From positions 1-61,103 of the forward strand of contig DATCVG010000025.1 of the NCBI GenBank assembly GCA_036567085.1: a DNA stretch of 61,103 bases. Reading direction: 5' to 3'. The notes under the pieces were generated by a model. That model ran no database searches and was not told the origin of the DNA. It was given only the letters and a program-made list of their open reading frames with translations. Source of the DNA: Candidatus Methylopumilus sp. (lineage in GTDB: Bacteria > Pseudomonadota > Gammaproteobacteria > Burkholderiales > Methylophilaceae). Shown here piece after piece: positions 31,121 through 41,043 of the stretch (within the stretch, counting starts at the first letter, position 1; each line of letters starts with the position of its first letter). The position numbers and the translations under genes are program-made.

Positions 31121-32917
31121 ATGGACATTAAACCCTTTTTAAAATCATTACCTAATTTACCTGGCGTATATAGAATGATTAACCAGGCAGGCGAGGTAAT
31201 CTATGTTGGAAAAGCTAAAGATTTAAAAAAAAGGGTTTCATCATACTTTGTTAAAACTATTCTCAGTCCAAGAACAAAAATGATGGTAGGTCACATTGAC
31301 CATATTGAAATTACTGTGACACATTCTGAAGCTGAGGCGCTGATCCTAGAAAACAATATGATCAAGTCTCATATGCCTCGCTACAATGTTATTTTTAGAG
31401 ATGATAAATCTTATCCATATATTGTATTAACAGGTGAAAAATTTCCACGTTTAGCCTTTCATCGAGGCACACAAAAAAAAGGGAATCAATATTTTGGACC
31501 TTTTCCAAATACCAACGCGGTTAGAGAAAGTATTCAGCTCTTACAAAAAGTTTTTAAATTAAGAACATGCGAAAACTCAGTATTTAAAAATAGATCAAGA
31601 CCCTGCCTTCAATATCAGATTCATAGATGTACCGCACCATGTGTTGACCTGATTAAAGAAGATGAATATAAAAATGATATTAAACATGCGTCACTTTTTT
31701 TAGATGGAAAAGATAGTGAAGTCATTAGCCAGCTTACCGATCAAATGAATGAGGCAGCAAGCTCCCATGCATATGAGTATGCAGCTTTGTATCGCGACCG
31801 CATTCAAAGTTTAAGGCAGGTAAGAACTAAGCAATTTGTAAGTGATTTTAGTGCTAGCGATGCTGATATTATTGCGTGTATCGAAGAGGCTGGGGAATAT
31901 TGCCTAAATTTAGTAATGATTCGGGCAGGGAGACATTTAGGCGATAAAAGTTTCTTTCCGAAAAATGCTGCTGATATTGAGACTCAAGATGTTATTGAAA
32001 CCTTTGTTGCGCAATATTATACAAATCAGACGATACCAAAATTAATTGTTACACAGCAGCATGTGAATCAATCATTACTTTCTGAATTTTTTAAATTAAA
32101 TTATGACATCCAAGTTAAAGTGATAAATAAGGCGATTGGCGATAAACGCGTTTGGCTTACCATGGCACAAAAGAATGCGCAGATTGCTTTAAAACAAAAA
32201 CTGATGCAATCAGAAACCCAAGAAAATAGAGTGGAAGCACTAAAAGCAATTTTTAATTTATCTGAATCATTTTCAAGAATTGAATGTTTTGATATCAGTC
32301 ACACCATGGGCGAAGGCACAGTTGCTTCATGTGTGGTCTTTGATAAAGGCAACCTTCAAAATAAAGAATATAGACGTTTTAATATTGAAGATATTACACC
32401 TGGCGATGATTATGGAGCTATGCGAGAAGTATTAACGCGTCGCTATAAAAAAATTGCTTCGGGTGAGGGCATTAAACCCGATCTTATTTTTATAGACGGA
32501 GGTAAGGGTCAACTCAATATTGCCATAGAGGTTATTCAAGAATTGGGCCTAAGTGATATTCTTCTCGTAGGTATTGCAAAAGGTGAAGGAAGAAAGCCTG
32601 GATTGGAACAACTTTTTGTGGAAGGTAAAGCCGAGCCTATCATTGTTAAAAAAGATAATGTTGGATTCCACCTCATACAGCAAATAAGAGATGAGGCGCA
32701 CCGTTTTGCCATTTCAGGACATAGAGCTAAACGCGCTAAAAAAAGGATAACGTCATCCCTAGAAGATATTGAGGGCATTGGCGCACAAAAAAGAAAAAAT
32801 CTACTCGTCTACTTTGGCGGTATAGAGCGTATTAAAAATGCTAGTATTGAAGAAATTATCATGGTTAATGGTATTGATAAAAAGTTAGCTGAAAAAATTT
32901 ACGATTACTTTCATTAA
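31121..32917 (+). CDS. uvrC: Excinuclease ABC subunit C
   Basis: GIY-YIG PGVYRM...IYVGKAKDL, RIECFDISH, IDGGKGQ, RDEAHRFA, HhH. Confidence 0.97.
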   Translation: MDIKPFLKSLPNLPGVYRMINQAGEVIYVGKAKDLKKRVSSYFVKTILSPRTKMMVGHIDHIEITVTHSEAEALILENNMIKSHMPRYNVIFRDDKSYPYIVLTGEKFPRLAFHRGTQKKGNQYFGPFPNTNAVRESIQLLQKVFKLRTCENSVFKNRSRPCLQYQIHRCTAPCVDLIKEDEYKNDIKHASLFLDGKDSEVISQLTDQMNEAASSHAYEYAALYRDRIQSLRQVRTKQFVSDFSASDADIIACIEEAGEYCLNLVMIRAGRHLGDKSFFPKNAADIETQDVIETFVAQYYTNQTIPKLIVTQQHVNQSLLSEFFKLNYDIQVKVINKAIGDKRVWLTMAQKNAQIALKQKLMQSETQENRVEALKAIFNLSESFSRIECFDISHTMGEGTVASCVVFDKGNLQNKEYRRFNIEDITPGDDYGAMREVLTRRYKKIASGEGIKPDLIFIDGGKGQLNIAIEVIQELGLSDILLVGIAKGEGRKPGLEQLFVEGKAEPIIVKKDNVGFHLIQQIRDEAHRFAISGHRAKRAKKRITSSLEDIEGIGAQKRKNLLVYFGGIERIKNASIEEIIMVNGIDKKLAEKIYDYFH

Positions 32918-32930
32918 GAAAAAAATTTAT

Positions 32931-33509
32931 ATGAAAATTAATGTCCCCAATGCGCTTACTTTTTTCAGGATAATTTTGATTCCCTGTTTTGTAGGTATTT
33001 ATTATTTCCCTCACACACTTATCAACCAGTCTTTAATGAACTGGATCGGCGCTGGCATTTTCTTGTTTGCGGCAATTACCGATTGGCTCGATGGATTCTT
33101 TGCAAGATATTTAAATCAAGCTTCAAAATTTGGTGCATTTTTTGATCCAGTAGCTGATAAATTGATGGTGGTTGCAGCCCTTCTTGTTTTATTAGAGCTT
33201 GATCGGGTGAATGCAATTATTTCCTTGGTTATCATTGGCCGTGAACTTTCAATCAGTTCTCTACGAGAATGGATGGCAACGATTGGCAAACCTGGCGGTA
33301 TGGCAGTTATGTTTGTAGGTAAACTTAAGACCACAATCCAGATGATCGCTATTTTGATGCTTCTTTACTATGACAATCTATGGTTTATCAATATAAAGTG
33401 GATAGGTAACATATTGATTAATATAGCTGCAATACTTACTGTAATATCGATGGTTTTCTACATCCGTGTGGCCTGGCCTACCTTAAGAAAGAGCATTAAA
33501 ATAAGGTAA
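32931..33509 (+). CDS. pgsA: CDP-diacylglycerol--glycerol-3-phosphate 3-phosphatidyltransferase
   Basis: PNALT, TDWLDGFFAR...GAFFDPVADK, GKLKT; uvrC-pgsA-tRNA synteny. Confidence 0.96.
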   Translation: MKINVPNALTFFRIILIPCFVGIYYFPHTLINQSLMNWIGAGIFLFAAITDWLDGFFARYLNQASKFGAFFDPVADKLMVVAALLVLLELDRVNAIISLVIIGRELSISSLREWMATIGKPGGMAVMFVGKLKTTIQMIAILMLLYYDNLWFINIKWIGNILINIAAILTVISMVFYIRVAWPTLRKSIKIR

Positions 33510-33535
33510 GTCTCAAGAATGCGGCGGACTTTAAA

Positions 33536-33563
33536 TTGACACTAGCTCAAAAAACGCTAAAAT
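33536..33563 (+). promoter_or_regulatory. Sigma70 promoter for the tRNA Gly-Cys-Leu cluster
   Basis: TTGACA (33536-41), 16-bp spacer, TAAAAT (33558-63), 14 bp before tRNA-Gly. Confidence 0.8.
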
Positions 33564-33577
33564 ACTCGCTTCTTTAC

Positions 33578-33653
33578 GCGGGAATAGCTCAGTTGGTAGA
33601 GCGCAACCTTGCCAAGGTTGAGGTCGCGAGTTCGAGACTCGTTTCCCGCTCCA
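33578..33653 (+). tRNA. tRNA-Gly(GCC)
   Basis: GCGGGAATAGCTCAGTTGGTAGAGC...CCTT-GCC-AAGG...TTCGAG...TTCCCGCTCCA cloverleaf. Confidence 0.98.
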
Positions 33654-33663
33654 AATCAAAATC

Positions 33664-33688
33664 GGGGAAGCATCGTCTTCCCCTTTTT
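33664..33688 (+). terminator. Terminator-like hairpin between tRNA-Gly and tRNA-Cys
   Basis: GGGGAAG-CATCGT-CTTCCCC followed by TTTTT. Confidence 0.7.
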
Positions 33689-33708
33689 AATTTTGGTGAT
33701 ATTGATGT

Positions 33709-33782
33709 GGCGCGATAGCAAAATGGTTATGCAGCGGCCTGCAAAGCCGTAGACGCCAGTTCGATTCTGGCTCGCGCCTCCA
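33709..33782 (+). tRNA. tRNA-Cys(GCA)
   Basis: GGCGCGA...GCGGC-CT-GCA-AA-GCCGT...TTCGATT...TCGCGCC-T-CCA. Confidence 0.97.
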
Positions 33783-33850
33783 CTTATTAGGGCTTAAGTC
33801 TATTTAAGAATAATTAGTGATAAAATTTGGTCTTAGTTTTATTTCAAAAG

Positions 33851-33937
33851 GCCCGGGTGGTGAAATTGGTAGACACAAGAGACTTAAAATCTCTCGGCTT
33901 CACGGCCGTGCCGGTTCGATTCCGGCCCCGGGCACCA
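33851..33937 (+). tRNA. tRNA-Leu(TAA)
   Basis: GCCCGGGTGGTGAAATTGGTAGAC...AGAGA-CT-TAA-AA-TCTCT, long variable arm, CCA end. Confidence 0.97.
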
Positions 33938-33959
33938 TATTTTATTATTTCCGTGTAGT

Positions 33960-34883
33960 TTGAATACAACCCTTCTTTGTAAATTTACTTCAAATCATCA
34001 TCATCCAATATTTGATCGATTTTTGACGATTGGACAAGTTGAGTCTTTAAAATTTTCCTACGAGGAATTTATATGTCATTTGTTAGGCATAAAACCTAAT
34101 CCTGATTATCCATTTGCTGCTATAGATTACCAAAAAAATTATAAACATTATTATCTCTATGCAGATCCAGTTTATTTAAGCCTTCAAAGAGATACATTTT
34201 TTTTAGAAAAAAAATTAACAGACGATTATACGAAAGATGAAATTGAAGAATTATGTCATGCTCTTAATCAGACATTTGAAGATGAAAATCGTGTATTTGT
34301 CTTAAACGATCAACAAAAGTTATTTCTTCAATTAAAAAAAGAACCTCACATTAAAACAACATCGATTGCCCATATCAAACGCCAGTCGATTGATTTATTT
34401 ATGCCACAAGGTGATGAAGCTATGGCATGGCACGCATTTATGAATGAAATTCAAATGTTCCTTTTTGATCATCCTCTTAATCAAGATAAAGTTCAGCGAG
34501 GACTTCTTTCTCCTAACAGCATTTGGTTTTCAGGTGGCGGTCTATTGCCAAAGAATATTCAAAATTCTTATACAACCATTTTTTCTAACGATAATTTTTT
34601 AAAAAAAGCTCTATCTATTGATACAAAAATTTCTACAAAAACTTTAGATAAATTTCATCAAGACAATTTCAACAGCAATATACTTATTGCTTTTGGGGAG
34701 GATGAAGAGATAGATCGTATTTTAACAATGATATGGAATAATTTTAAGAAACGAAAAATAAAGTATTTAGATATTTATATAAGCTATCAAGGGGAACTTT
34801 TACATATTCATAATAGATTTATACAGTTACTTAAAGTATGGAAAAAAATTAAAACAGTAGAAAATTATTTTAATGTTCATTAA
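33960..34883 (+). CDS. RpfE-like conserved hypothetical protein (recJ-associated)
   Basis: ADPVYL, MNEIQMFLFDHPLN and NSIWFSGGG motifs resemble the RpfE-type family found beside recJ; TTG start. Confidence 0.65.
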   Translation: MNTTLLCKFTSNHHHPIFDRFLTIGQVESLKFSYEEFICHLLGIKPNPDYPFAAIDYQKNYKHYYLYADPVYLSLQRDTFFLEKKLTDDYTKDEIEELCHALNQTFEDENRVFVLNDQQKLFLQLKKEPHIKTTSIAHIKRQSIDLFMPQGDEAMAWHAFMNEIQMFLFDHPLNQDKVQRGLLSPNSIWFSGGGLLPKNIQNSYTTIFSNDNFLKKALSIDTKISTKTLDKFHQDNFNSNILIAFGEDEEIDRILTMIWNNFKKRKIKYLDIYISYQGELLHIHNRFIQLLKVWKKIKTVENYFNVH

Positions 34884-36555
34884 ATCAAGAAAAATTGATC
34901 ATGCTGCTTTGAATATACTCGTTAATTCAGGACTAAATCCTCATTTGGCGAAGTTTTATTCAGCGCGCGGTATTAGGCATATTGACGATGCCACACTCTC
35001 TATTGAGAAAATTATTCCACCAGAAGCTTTAACTAACAACACATTAATGGCATCGATCTTAGCAGATGCTATTTTAAAAAAACAAAAAATTCTTATTATT
35101 GGTGATTATGATACGGACGGTGCAACCTCGACGGCTGTTGGAGTAAGGGCTCTCAAAATGATGGGTGCTAATGTAGATTATTTGGTACCTAATCGATTTG
35201 AATTTGGTTATGGTTTAACACCTGAAATTGTTGATTTAGCAAAAGAAAAAAATCCTAATATTATTATTACTGTTGATAATGGTATTGCAAGTGTTGAAGG
35301 TGTAAATCAAGCTAATCAGTATGGTATCGATGTTTTAGTTACAGATCATCATCTTCCCAGCGACACATTACCTCGCGCCAAATGTATTGTGAATCCTAAT
35401 CAGCATGGTTGTAATTTCCCAAGTAAATATCTATGTGGTGTAGGCGTTATTTTTTATGTGATGTTAGCTTTAAGAGCAGAGCTTCGAAAAAGAGATTATT
35501 TTAAAGGCCATACAGAACCTAACTTAATGCATTTAATAGATCTTGTGGCTTTAGGTACAGTTGCAGATTTAGTCCCGTTAGATCGAAATAATCGTACTTT
35601 AGTTGATTATGGTATTCGAAGAATTAGATCAGGACAGGCCAATCCTGGTATTAGAGCGCTCATGGCATTAAATAAAAAAAATCCATCACAATTTCGTACT
35701 TCTGATCTAGCTTTTAGTATTGCACCAAGACTCAATGCTGCAGGAAGGCTGGACGATATGACCTTGGGTATACAATGTCTTTTATCTGAAAGTTATGAAG
35801 ATGCGCGTTTTATTGCATCATCACTTGAAAATTTAAATCTCAAAAGAAGATCAATTGAATCCCAAATGAAAGATGGTGCTTCAATTCAACTTCATGACGT
35901 GAATTGTGAAGAGAAATTTAGTATCACACTTTATGATCCCACTTGGCATCAGGGAGTGATTGGGATTATTGCATCTCGTATTAAAGATAAATATCATCGC
36001 CCTGTGATTGTGTTTGCTAAATCTGATGAAGGCATTCTTAAAGGCTCTGGTCGATCTATTCAATCACTTCATTTAAGAGATGCTCTCGATCTTGTATCAA
36101 AAAAAGATCCAAATATTCTTATTACATTCGGCGGCCATGCTATGGCAGCAGGACTCACTATTAAAGAAGCAGATTTTGATCATTTTGTTCAATTATTTGA
36201 GGAAACTGTAAAAGGACTAATTTCAGCAGATGATCTTGAATTAACAATTGAAGTAGATGATGCGCTTAATTTTTCAGAAGTCACCTATGAAGATATAGAG
36301 CATATTAACGCACAAGTATGGGGGCAAGGTTTCCCCCTTCCTATCTTTGAAGGTGAGTTTGAGGTCGTTGAGCAAAAAATCCTTGCAGATAAACATTTAA
36401 AGTTAAATCTTCTCTTACAAAATAAAGTGTTTGAAGCTATTTATTTTAATCATAGTGAACACCTTCCTCGTAAGATAAAAGCGATCTATCAGGTTGATTC
36501 TAATGAGTTTAATGGTAATAAAAAAATTCAAATTCAATTAAGAATGCTCTCTTAA
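34873..36555 (+). CDS. recJ: Single-stranded-DNA exonuclease RecJ
   Basis: GDYDTDG, TVDNG, TDHH, PRLNAAGR, GSGRS, GGHAMAAG. Confidence 0.97.
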   Translation: MFIKSRKIDHAALNILVNSGLNPHLAKFYSARGIRHIDDATLSIEKIIPPEALTNNTLMASILADAILKKQKILIIGDYDTDGATSTAVGVRALKMMGANVDYLVPNRFEFGYGLTPEIVDLAKEKNPNIIITVDNGIASVEGVNQANQYGIDVLVTDHHLPSDTLPRAKCIVNPNQHGCNFPSKYLCGVGVIFYVMLALRAELRKRDYFKGHTEPNLMHLIDLVALGTVADLVPLDRNNRTLVDYGIRRIRSGQANPGIRALMALNKKNPSQFRTSDLAFSIAPRLNAAGRLDDMTLGIQCLLSESYEDARFIASSLENLNLKRRSIESQMKDGASIQLHDVNCEEKFSITLYDPTWHQGVIGIIASRIKDKYHRPVIVFAKSDEGILKGSGRSIQSLHLRDALDLVSKKDPNILITFGGHAMAAGLTIKEADFDHFVQLFEETVKGLISADDLELTIEVDDALNFSEVTYEDIEHINAQVWGQGFPLPIFEGEFEVVEQKILADKHLKLNLLLQNKVFEAIYFNHSEHLPRKIKAIYQVDSNEFNGNKKIQIQLRMLS

Positions 36556-36570
36556 AGAGATATCCTAGAA

Positions 36571-36599
36571 TTGCCCATCTAGCGCCAACAAAGTAAAAT
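36571..36599 (+). promoter_or_regulatory. Putative sigma70 promoter for tpiA
   Basis: TTGCCC, 17-bp spacer, TAAAAT. Confidence 0.5.
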
Positions 36600-36624
36600 T
36601 CAACAAACTATTTAAGAGAGTGTC

Positions 36625-37377
36625 ATGAGACGTAAAATCGTTGTTGGTAATTGGAAAATGAATGGTTCTTTGGCATCTAACGAATCACTCCTTAAAGCCT
36701 TAACAGAAAAGATACCTCAAACAATCCCAGTGGACATCGTGGTATGCGCTGCTTATCCCTACTTATTTCAAACGCAATCCTACCTTAAAAATTCACCAAT
36801 TCGTTGGGGTGCTCAGAATGTGGCTAAATTCGAATCAGGAGCTTTTACAGGTGAAGTGAGTGTTTCTATGCTCAAAGAGTTTGGTGTAAGTTATGTGATC
36901 ATTGGCCATTCTGAAAGAAGTACTGCTTACTGTGAATCTGATGAAAATATTGCTACTAAATTTATGATGGTAAAAAAAGCAGGTATGACGCCGATTCTCT
37001 GTGTAGGTGAAACTTTGATTGAGCGAGAAGCTGGCATTATGGAAAAAGTTGTTTCTAAACAGCTTGATACTATTATTGAAATGTATGGCGAAGAAATATT
37101 TGATGGGGCTGTGATTGCTTATGAGCCTGTATGGGCAATTGGTACTGATTTGGCTGCATCTCCTGAGCAAGCCCAAGCAATGCATCAATTTATTCGTGAG
37201 AAATTATCTTCAAATACCAAGGTCGTAAAGAGCCTTAAAATCATCTATGGAGGGAGCGTAAACCCTCAAAATGCGTTACAATTATTCTCTATGCCAGACG
37301 TAGACGGCGGACTCGTAGGACGCGCTTCTTTAAATGCGAGTGATTTTGAGTCTATTTGTCATTCGGCTGAAATATAA
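36625..37377 (+). CDS. tpiA: Triosephosphate isomerase (divergent active-site motifs)
   Basis: [33 protein letters not shown]; tpiA-secG synteny. Confidence 0.92.
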   Translation: MRRKIVVGNWKMNGSLASNESLLKALTEKIPQTIPVDIVVCAAYPYLFQTQSYLKNSPIRWGAQNVAKFESGAFTGEVSVSMLKEFGVSYVIIGHSERSTAYCESDENIATKFMMVKKAGMTPILCVGETLIEREAGIMEKVVSKQLDTIIEMYGEEIFDGAVIAYEPVWAIGTDLAASPEQAQAMHQFIREKLSSNTKVVKSLKIIYGGSVNPQNALQLFSMPDVDGGLVGRASLNASDFESICHSAEI

Positions 37378-37395
37378 ATCAAAGAAAATAGGATT

Positions 37396-37746
37396 ATGGA
37401 AAATTTATTAACAATTATTCATGTGATTGCATGTTTAGGTGTCATTGGTTTAGTGCTTATGCAACACGGCAAGGGTGCTGATATGGGCGCAGCCTTTGGA
37501 AGTGGCTCTTCAGGAAGTTTGTTTGGCGTAAGCGGCTCATCTAATTTTTTAAGCAGAACAACAGCAATATTTGTTTTAGTCTTTTTTCTAACCAGTATTG
37601 CTTTGGCGTTTATTGCAGGTCAAAAATCAGGCACTGGAAGTGTGGTGAAAGCAACTGAGTCATCAGAAGTTCAAAAACCTTCTGAAACTAAAAGTGGTGA
37701 AGCTCAGTCCAAAACATCAAGTGGTGCTCAGAACATCCCAAAATAG
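37396..37746 (+). CDS. secG: Preprotein translocase subunit SecG
   Basis: LVLMQHGKGADMGAAFG, NFLSRTTA. Confidence 0.96.
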   Translation: MENLLTIIHVIACLGVIGLVLMQHGKGADMGAAFGSGSSGSLFGVSGSSNFLSRTTAIFVLVFFLTSIALAFIAGQKSGTGSVVKATESSEVQKPSETKSGEAQSKTSSGAQNIPK

Positions 37747-37765
37747 AGACTGTTAAATCTATAAA

Positions 37766-37850
37766 GCCGTCGTGGTGGAATTGGTAGACACGCTATCTTG
37801 AGGGGGTAGTGACGAAAGTCGTGAGAGTTCGAGTCTCTCCGACGGCACCA
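37766..37850 (+). tRNA. tRNA-Leu(GAG)
   Basis: GCCGTCGTGGTGGAATTGGTAGAC...CTATC-TT-GAG-GG-GGTAG, variable arm, CGACGGCACCA. Confidence 0.97.
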
Positions 37851-37890
37851 AATTAAGAAAATCATGCAGTATTTTTTTTAAGGAATCGTT

Positions 37891-38247
37891 GTGCTGGAAA
37901 ATTATTTTCCAATTTTGTTATTTATATGCGTAGGACTTGCGGTTGGGGCAGGACCTCTTCTTATCGGTAGTATTCTCTCACCTAATAAACCTGATAGCGA
38001 GAAAAATTCTCCCTACGAGTGTGGTTTCGAAGCATTTGAAGATGCGCGCATGAAATTTGATGTGCGATATTACCTTGTGGCTATTCTTTTTATTTTATTT
38101 GATCTTGAAATAACATTCCTTTTTCCTTGGGCGGTAGTCATTCAAAAAATTGGTATCTTTGGATTTATTGCGATGATGATTTTCTTAGCTATTTTGGTGG
38201 TTGGTTTTATTTACGAATGGATGAAAGGTGCCCTTGATTGGGAATAG
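37891..38247 (+). CDS. nuoA: NADH-quinone oxidoreductase subunit A
   Basis: [23 protein letters not shown]; GTG start. Confidence 0.97.
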   Translation: MLENYFPILLFICVGLAVGAGPLLIGSILSPNKPDSEKNSPYECGFEAFEDARMKFDVRYYLVAILFILFDLEITFLFPWAVVIQKIGIFGFIAMMIFLAILVVGFIYEWMKGALDWE

Positions 38248-38250
38248 CGA

Positions 38251-38727
38251 ATGAGCATTGAAGGCATCATGGAAAAAGGATTTGTCACCACAAATCTAGA
38301 TACTCTTATCAATTACACACGCACAGGCTCTTTATGGCCTATGACTTTCGGACTTGCATGTTGCGCAGTAGAGATGATGCATGCAGGAGCGGCACGATAT
38401 GACTTAGATCGATTCGGTATTGTATTTAGACCTAGTCCAAGGCAGTCCGATGTCATGATTGTAGCTGGCACACTAGTCAATAAAATGGCGCCCGCATTAA
38501 GGAAGGTTTACGATCAAATGGCAGAGCCACGTTGGGTTATTTCGATGGGTTCTTGTGCAAATGGCGGTGGTTATTATCACTACTCTTATTCAGTCGTTCG
38601 TGGTTGCGATCGTATTGTGCCAGTAGATGTTTATGTGCCCGGTTGTCCACCAACAGCTGAAGCCCTTATGTTTGGGATTATTCAGCTTCAAAATAAAATT
38701 AAACGTACCAATACGATTGCGCGTTAA
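38251..38727 (+). CDS. nuoB: NADH-quinone oxidoreductase subunit B
   Basis: [26 protein letters not shown]. Confidence 0.98.
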   Translation: MSIEGIMEKGFVTTNLDTLINYTRTGSLWPMTFGLACCAVEMMHAGAARYDLDRFGIVFRPSPRQSDVMIVAGTLVNKMAPALRKVYDQMAEPRWVISMGSCANGGGYYHYSYSVVRGCDRIVPVDVYVPGCPPTAEALMFGIIQLQNKIKRTNTIAR

Positions 38728-39324
38728 ATGACGAACTCAGTCGAAATATTACTTAAAGAAATAAAGTCGACTTTTGGTAAAGAAGTAAGCCACACATTCA
38801 TTGAGCATAATGAACTCACAATCGAAGTAAAAATCGATGATCTTTTAGCCATTTTAAAAACTTTAAAACAACACAAAGCATTTCAATTTAAACAATTGAT
38901 TGATCTTTGCGGCGTTGACTATAAAGATTATGGTGAAGGCACTTGGACCAAACCTCGTTTTGCTCTGGTATATCATTTCTTATCCATCGAACATAACCAC
39001 CGTATTCGAGTAAGAACTTTCTCTAAAGAAGAAAATTTTCCATTATTTCCGTCAGTAATAGATTTATGGCCAGCTGCCAATTGGTATGAACGAGAAGCTT
39101 TCGATTTGTTTGGTTTTATGTTTACTGATCACCCGGATTTAAGACGCATACTTACAGATTACGGATTCGTAGGCTATCCATTCCGTAAAGATTTTCCGAT
39201 GATTGGTAAGGTTGAAATGCGTTATGACGATGTGCAAAAACGTGTTGTTTATCAACCTGTGTCAATTGAAGAAAGAAATAATGTGCCACGTATCATTCGT
39301 GAAGAAGGTTTCCATAATGGCTGA
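38728..39324 (+). CDS. nuoC: NADH-quinone oxidoreductase subunit C
   Basis: [34 protein letters not shown]. Confidence 0.97.
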   Translation: MTNSVEILLKEIKSTFGKEVSHTFIEHNELTIEVKIDDLLAILKTLKQHKAFQFKQLIDLCGVDYKDYGEGTWTKPRFALVYHFLSIEHNHRIRVRTFSKEENFPLFPSVIDLWPAANWYEREAFDLFGFMFTDHPDLRRILTDYGFVGYPFRKDFPMIGKVEMRYDDVQKRVVYQPVSIEERNNVPRIIREEGFHNG

Positions 39325-40567
39325 GATTAGAAACTACACGATGAATTTTGGTCCACAACACCCTGCAGCGCACGGTGTGTTACGTTTAGTATTAGAGCTT
39401 GATGGTGAAGTCATTCAGCGTGCAGATCCTCATATTGGACTCCTTCATCGCGGTACGGAAAAATTAGCTGAAAATAGAACATACTTACAAACCGTTCCTT
39501 ATATGGACCGCTTAGATTACGTATCTATGATGGCGAATGAACACGCGTATGTTCTAGCTATTGAAAAATTATTGAATATAGATGTTCCCATGCGCGCTCA
39601 ATATATTCGTGTCATGTTTGATGAAATTACCCGCATCTTAAATCATTTGTTATGGCTAGGAGCTCATGCGCTTGATGTTGGCGCTATGACTGTATTTTTA
39701 TATGCATTCCGCGAAAGAGAAGATCTTTTTGATTGTTACGAGGCTGCATCTGGCGCCAGAATGCATGCAGCATACTATCGTCCCGGTGGTGTTTATCGCG
39801 ACCTACCTGATCGTATGCCTCAATATGAATCGACTTTTAAAAATAAAAAAGAATTAGATGACCTAAATCAAAATCGCAGTGGTTCACTATTAGACTTCAT
39901 TGAAGATTTTTCAAATCGCTTTCCAAAATATGTAGATGAATATGAAACATTATTAACAGACAATCGTATTTGGAAACAGCGCACAGTCGGTATTGGCGTT
40001 GTTGATCCTGATCGTGCCATAGCTCTTGGTATGACAGGCCCTATGTTAAGGGGCTCAGGTATTGCTTGGGATTTAAGAAAAAAACAACCTTACGAAGTTT
40101 ACGATCAACTTGATTTTGATATACCCGTGGGTGTGAATGGTGATTGTTACGATCGATACCTTGTTCGCATCGAAGAATTTAGACAATCTAATCGTATTAT
40201 TAAACAGTGCGTTGACTGGCTCAGAAAAAATCCAGGCCCAGTCATTAGTGACAATCACAAAGTAGCCCCACCTCCTCGCGCTGCTATGAAAGAAGATATG
40301 GAGGCGATGATTCATCACTTTAAATTATTTACAGAAGGCTTCCATATTCCGCCAAGTGAAGCTTATGCAGCAGTTGAACATCCTAAAGGTGAATTCGGCA
40401 TTTATTTAATTTCGGATGGTGCAAACAAACCTTACCGCTTAAAGATTCGCGCTCCAGGTTTTCCTCATTTAGCAGCTTTAGATGAAATGACGCGAGGTCA
40501 TATGATTTCTGACTTAGTGGCCATTATTGGTACGCAAGATATTGTATTTGGCGAGATTGATCGATAA
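39317..40567 (+). CDS. nuoD: NADH-quinone oxidoreductase subunit D
   Basis: Start reassigned to ATG 39317; [29 protein letters not shown]. Confidence 0.97.
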   Translation: MAEIRNYTMNFGPQHPAAHGVLRLVLELDGEVIQRADPHIGLLHRGTEKLAENRTYLQTVPYMDRLDYVSMMANEHAYVLAIEKLLNIDVPMRAQYIRVMFDEITRILNHLLWLGAHALDVGAMTVFLYAFREREDLFDCYEAASGARMHAAYYRPGGVYRDLPDRMPQYESTFKNKKELDDLNQNRSGSLLDFIEDFSNRFPKYVDEYETLLTDNRIWKQRTVGIGVVDPDRAIALGMTGPMLRGSGIAWDLRKKQPYEVYDQLDFDIPVGVNGDCYDRYLVRIEEFRQSNRIIKQCVDWLRKNPGPVISDNHKVAPPPRAAMKEDMEAMIHHFKLFTEGFHIPPSEAYAAVEHPKGEFGIYLISDGANKPYRLKIRAPGFPHLAALDEMTRGHMISDLVAIIGTQDIVFGEIDR

Positions 40568-40569
40568 AA

Positions 40570-41043
40570 ATGATACACGCTGACGACATTAAATTAATTG
40601 ATAAAGAATTAAAGAAGTTTCCGGATAACCAAAAACAATCTGCAGTGATTTCTGCTTTACGTATTGTTCAAACACGATATGGTTGGCTATCTCATGAACA
40701 TATTTCTGATGTTGCTCATTATCTCGGTATGCCGGAAATTGCTGTGATGGAAGTTGCCACTTTTTATAACATGTTCAATTTAGAATCAAAAGGTAAGTAC
40801 CAAATTACGGTATGCACCAATATTTCATGCATGTTAAGAAATTCAGATGAAATTGTGCAGCACCTAGAAAAAAAATTAGGCATTAGTTTTGGTGAAGTCT
40901 CTAAAGATAAAAAGTTCTCTCTTAAAGAAGGGGAGTGTATGGGCGCTTGCGGCGGTGCACCTTTATGCCTAATTAATAACCACAGCATGCATGAACACTT
41001 AACAACTGAAAAAATTGACAAGCTTTTAGCGAGCCTTAAATAA
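40570..41043 (+). CDS. nuoE: NADH-quinone oxidoreductase subunit E
   Basis: EVATFY, CTNISC, ECMGAC (2Fe-2S). Confidence 0.96.
   Translation: MIHADDIKLIDKELKKFPDNQKQSAVISALRIVQTRYGWLSHEHISDVAHYLGMPEIAVMEVATFYNMFNLESKGKYQITVCTNISCMLRNSDEIVQHLEKKLGISFGEVSKDKKFSLKEGECMGACGGAPLCLINNHSMHEHLTTEKIDKLLASLK

Noticed and set aside
33536-33718. 60-aa ORF in the track
   Set aside because: It is the translation of the promoter and tRNA-Gly sequence.
33578-33960. tRNA cluster as an integration hotspot
   Set aside because: Followed directly by rpfE-like and recJ; no att duplication or integrase.
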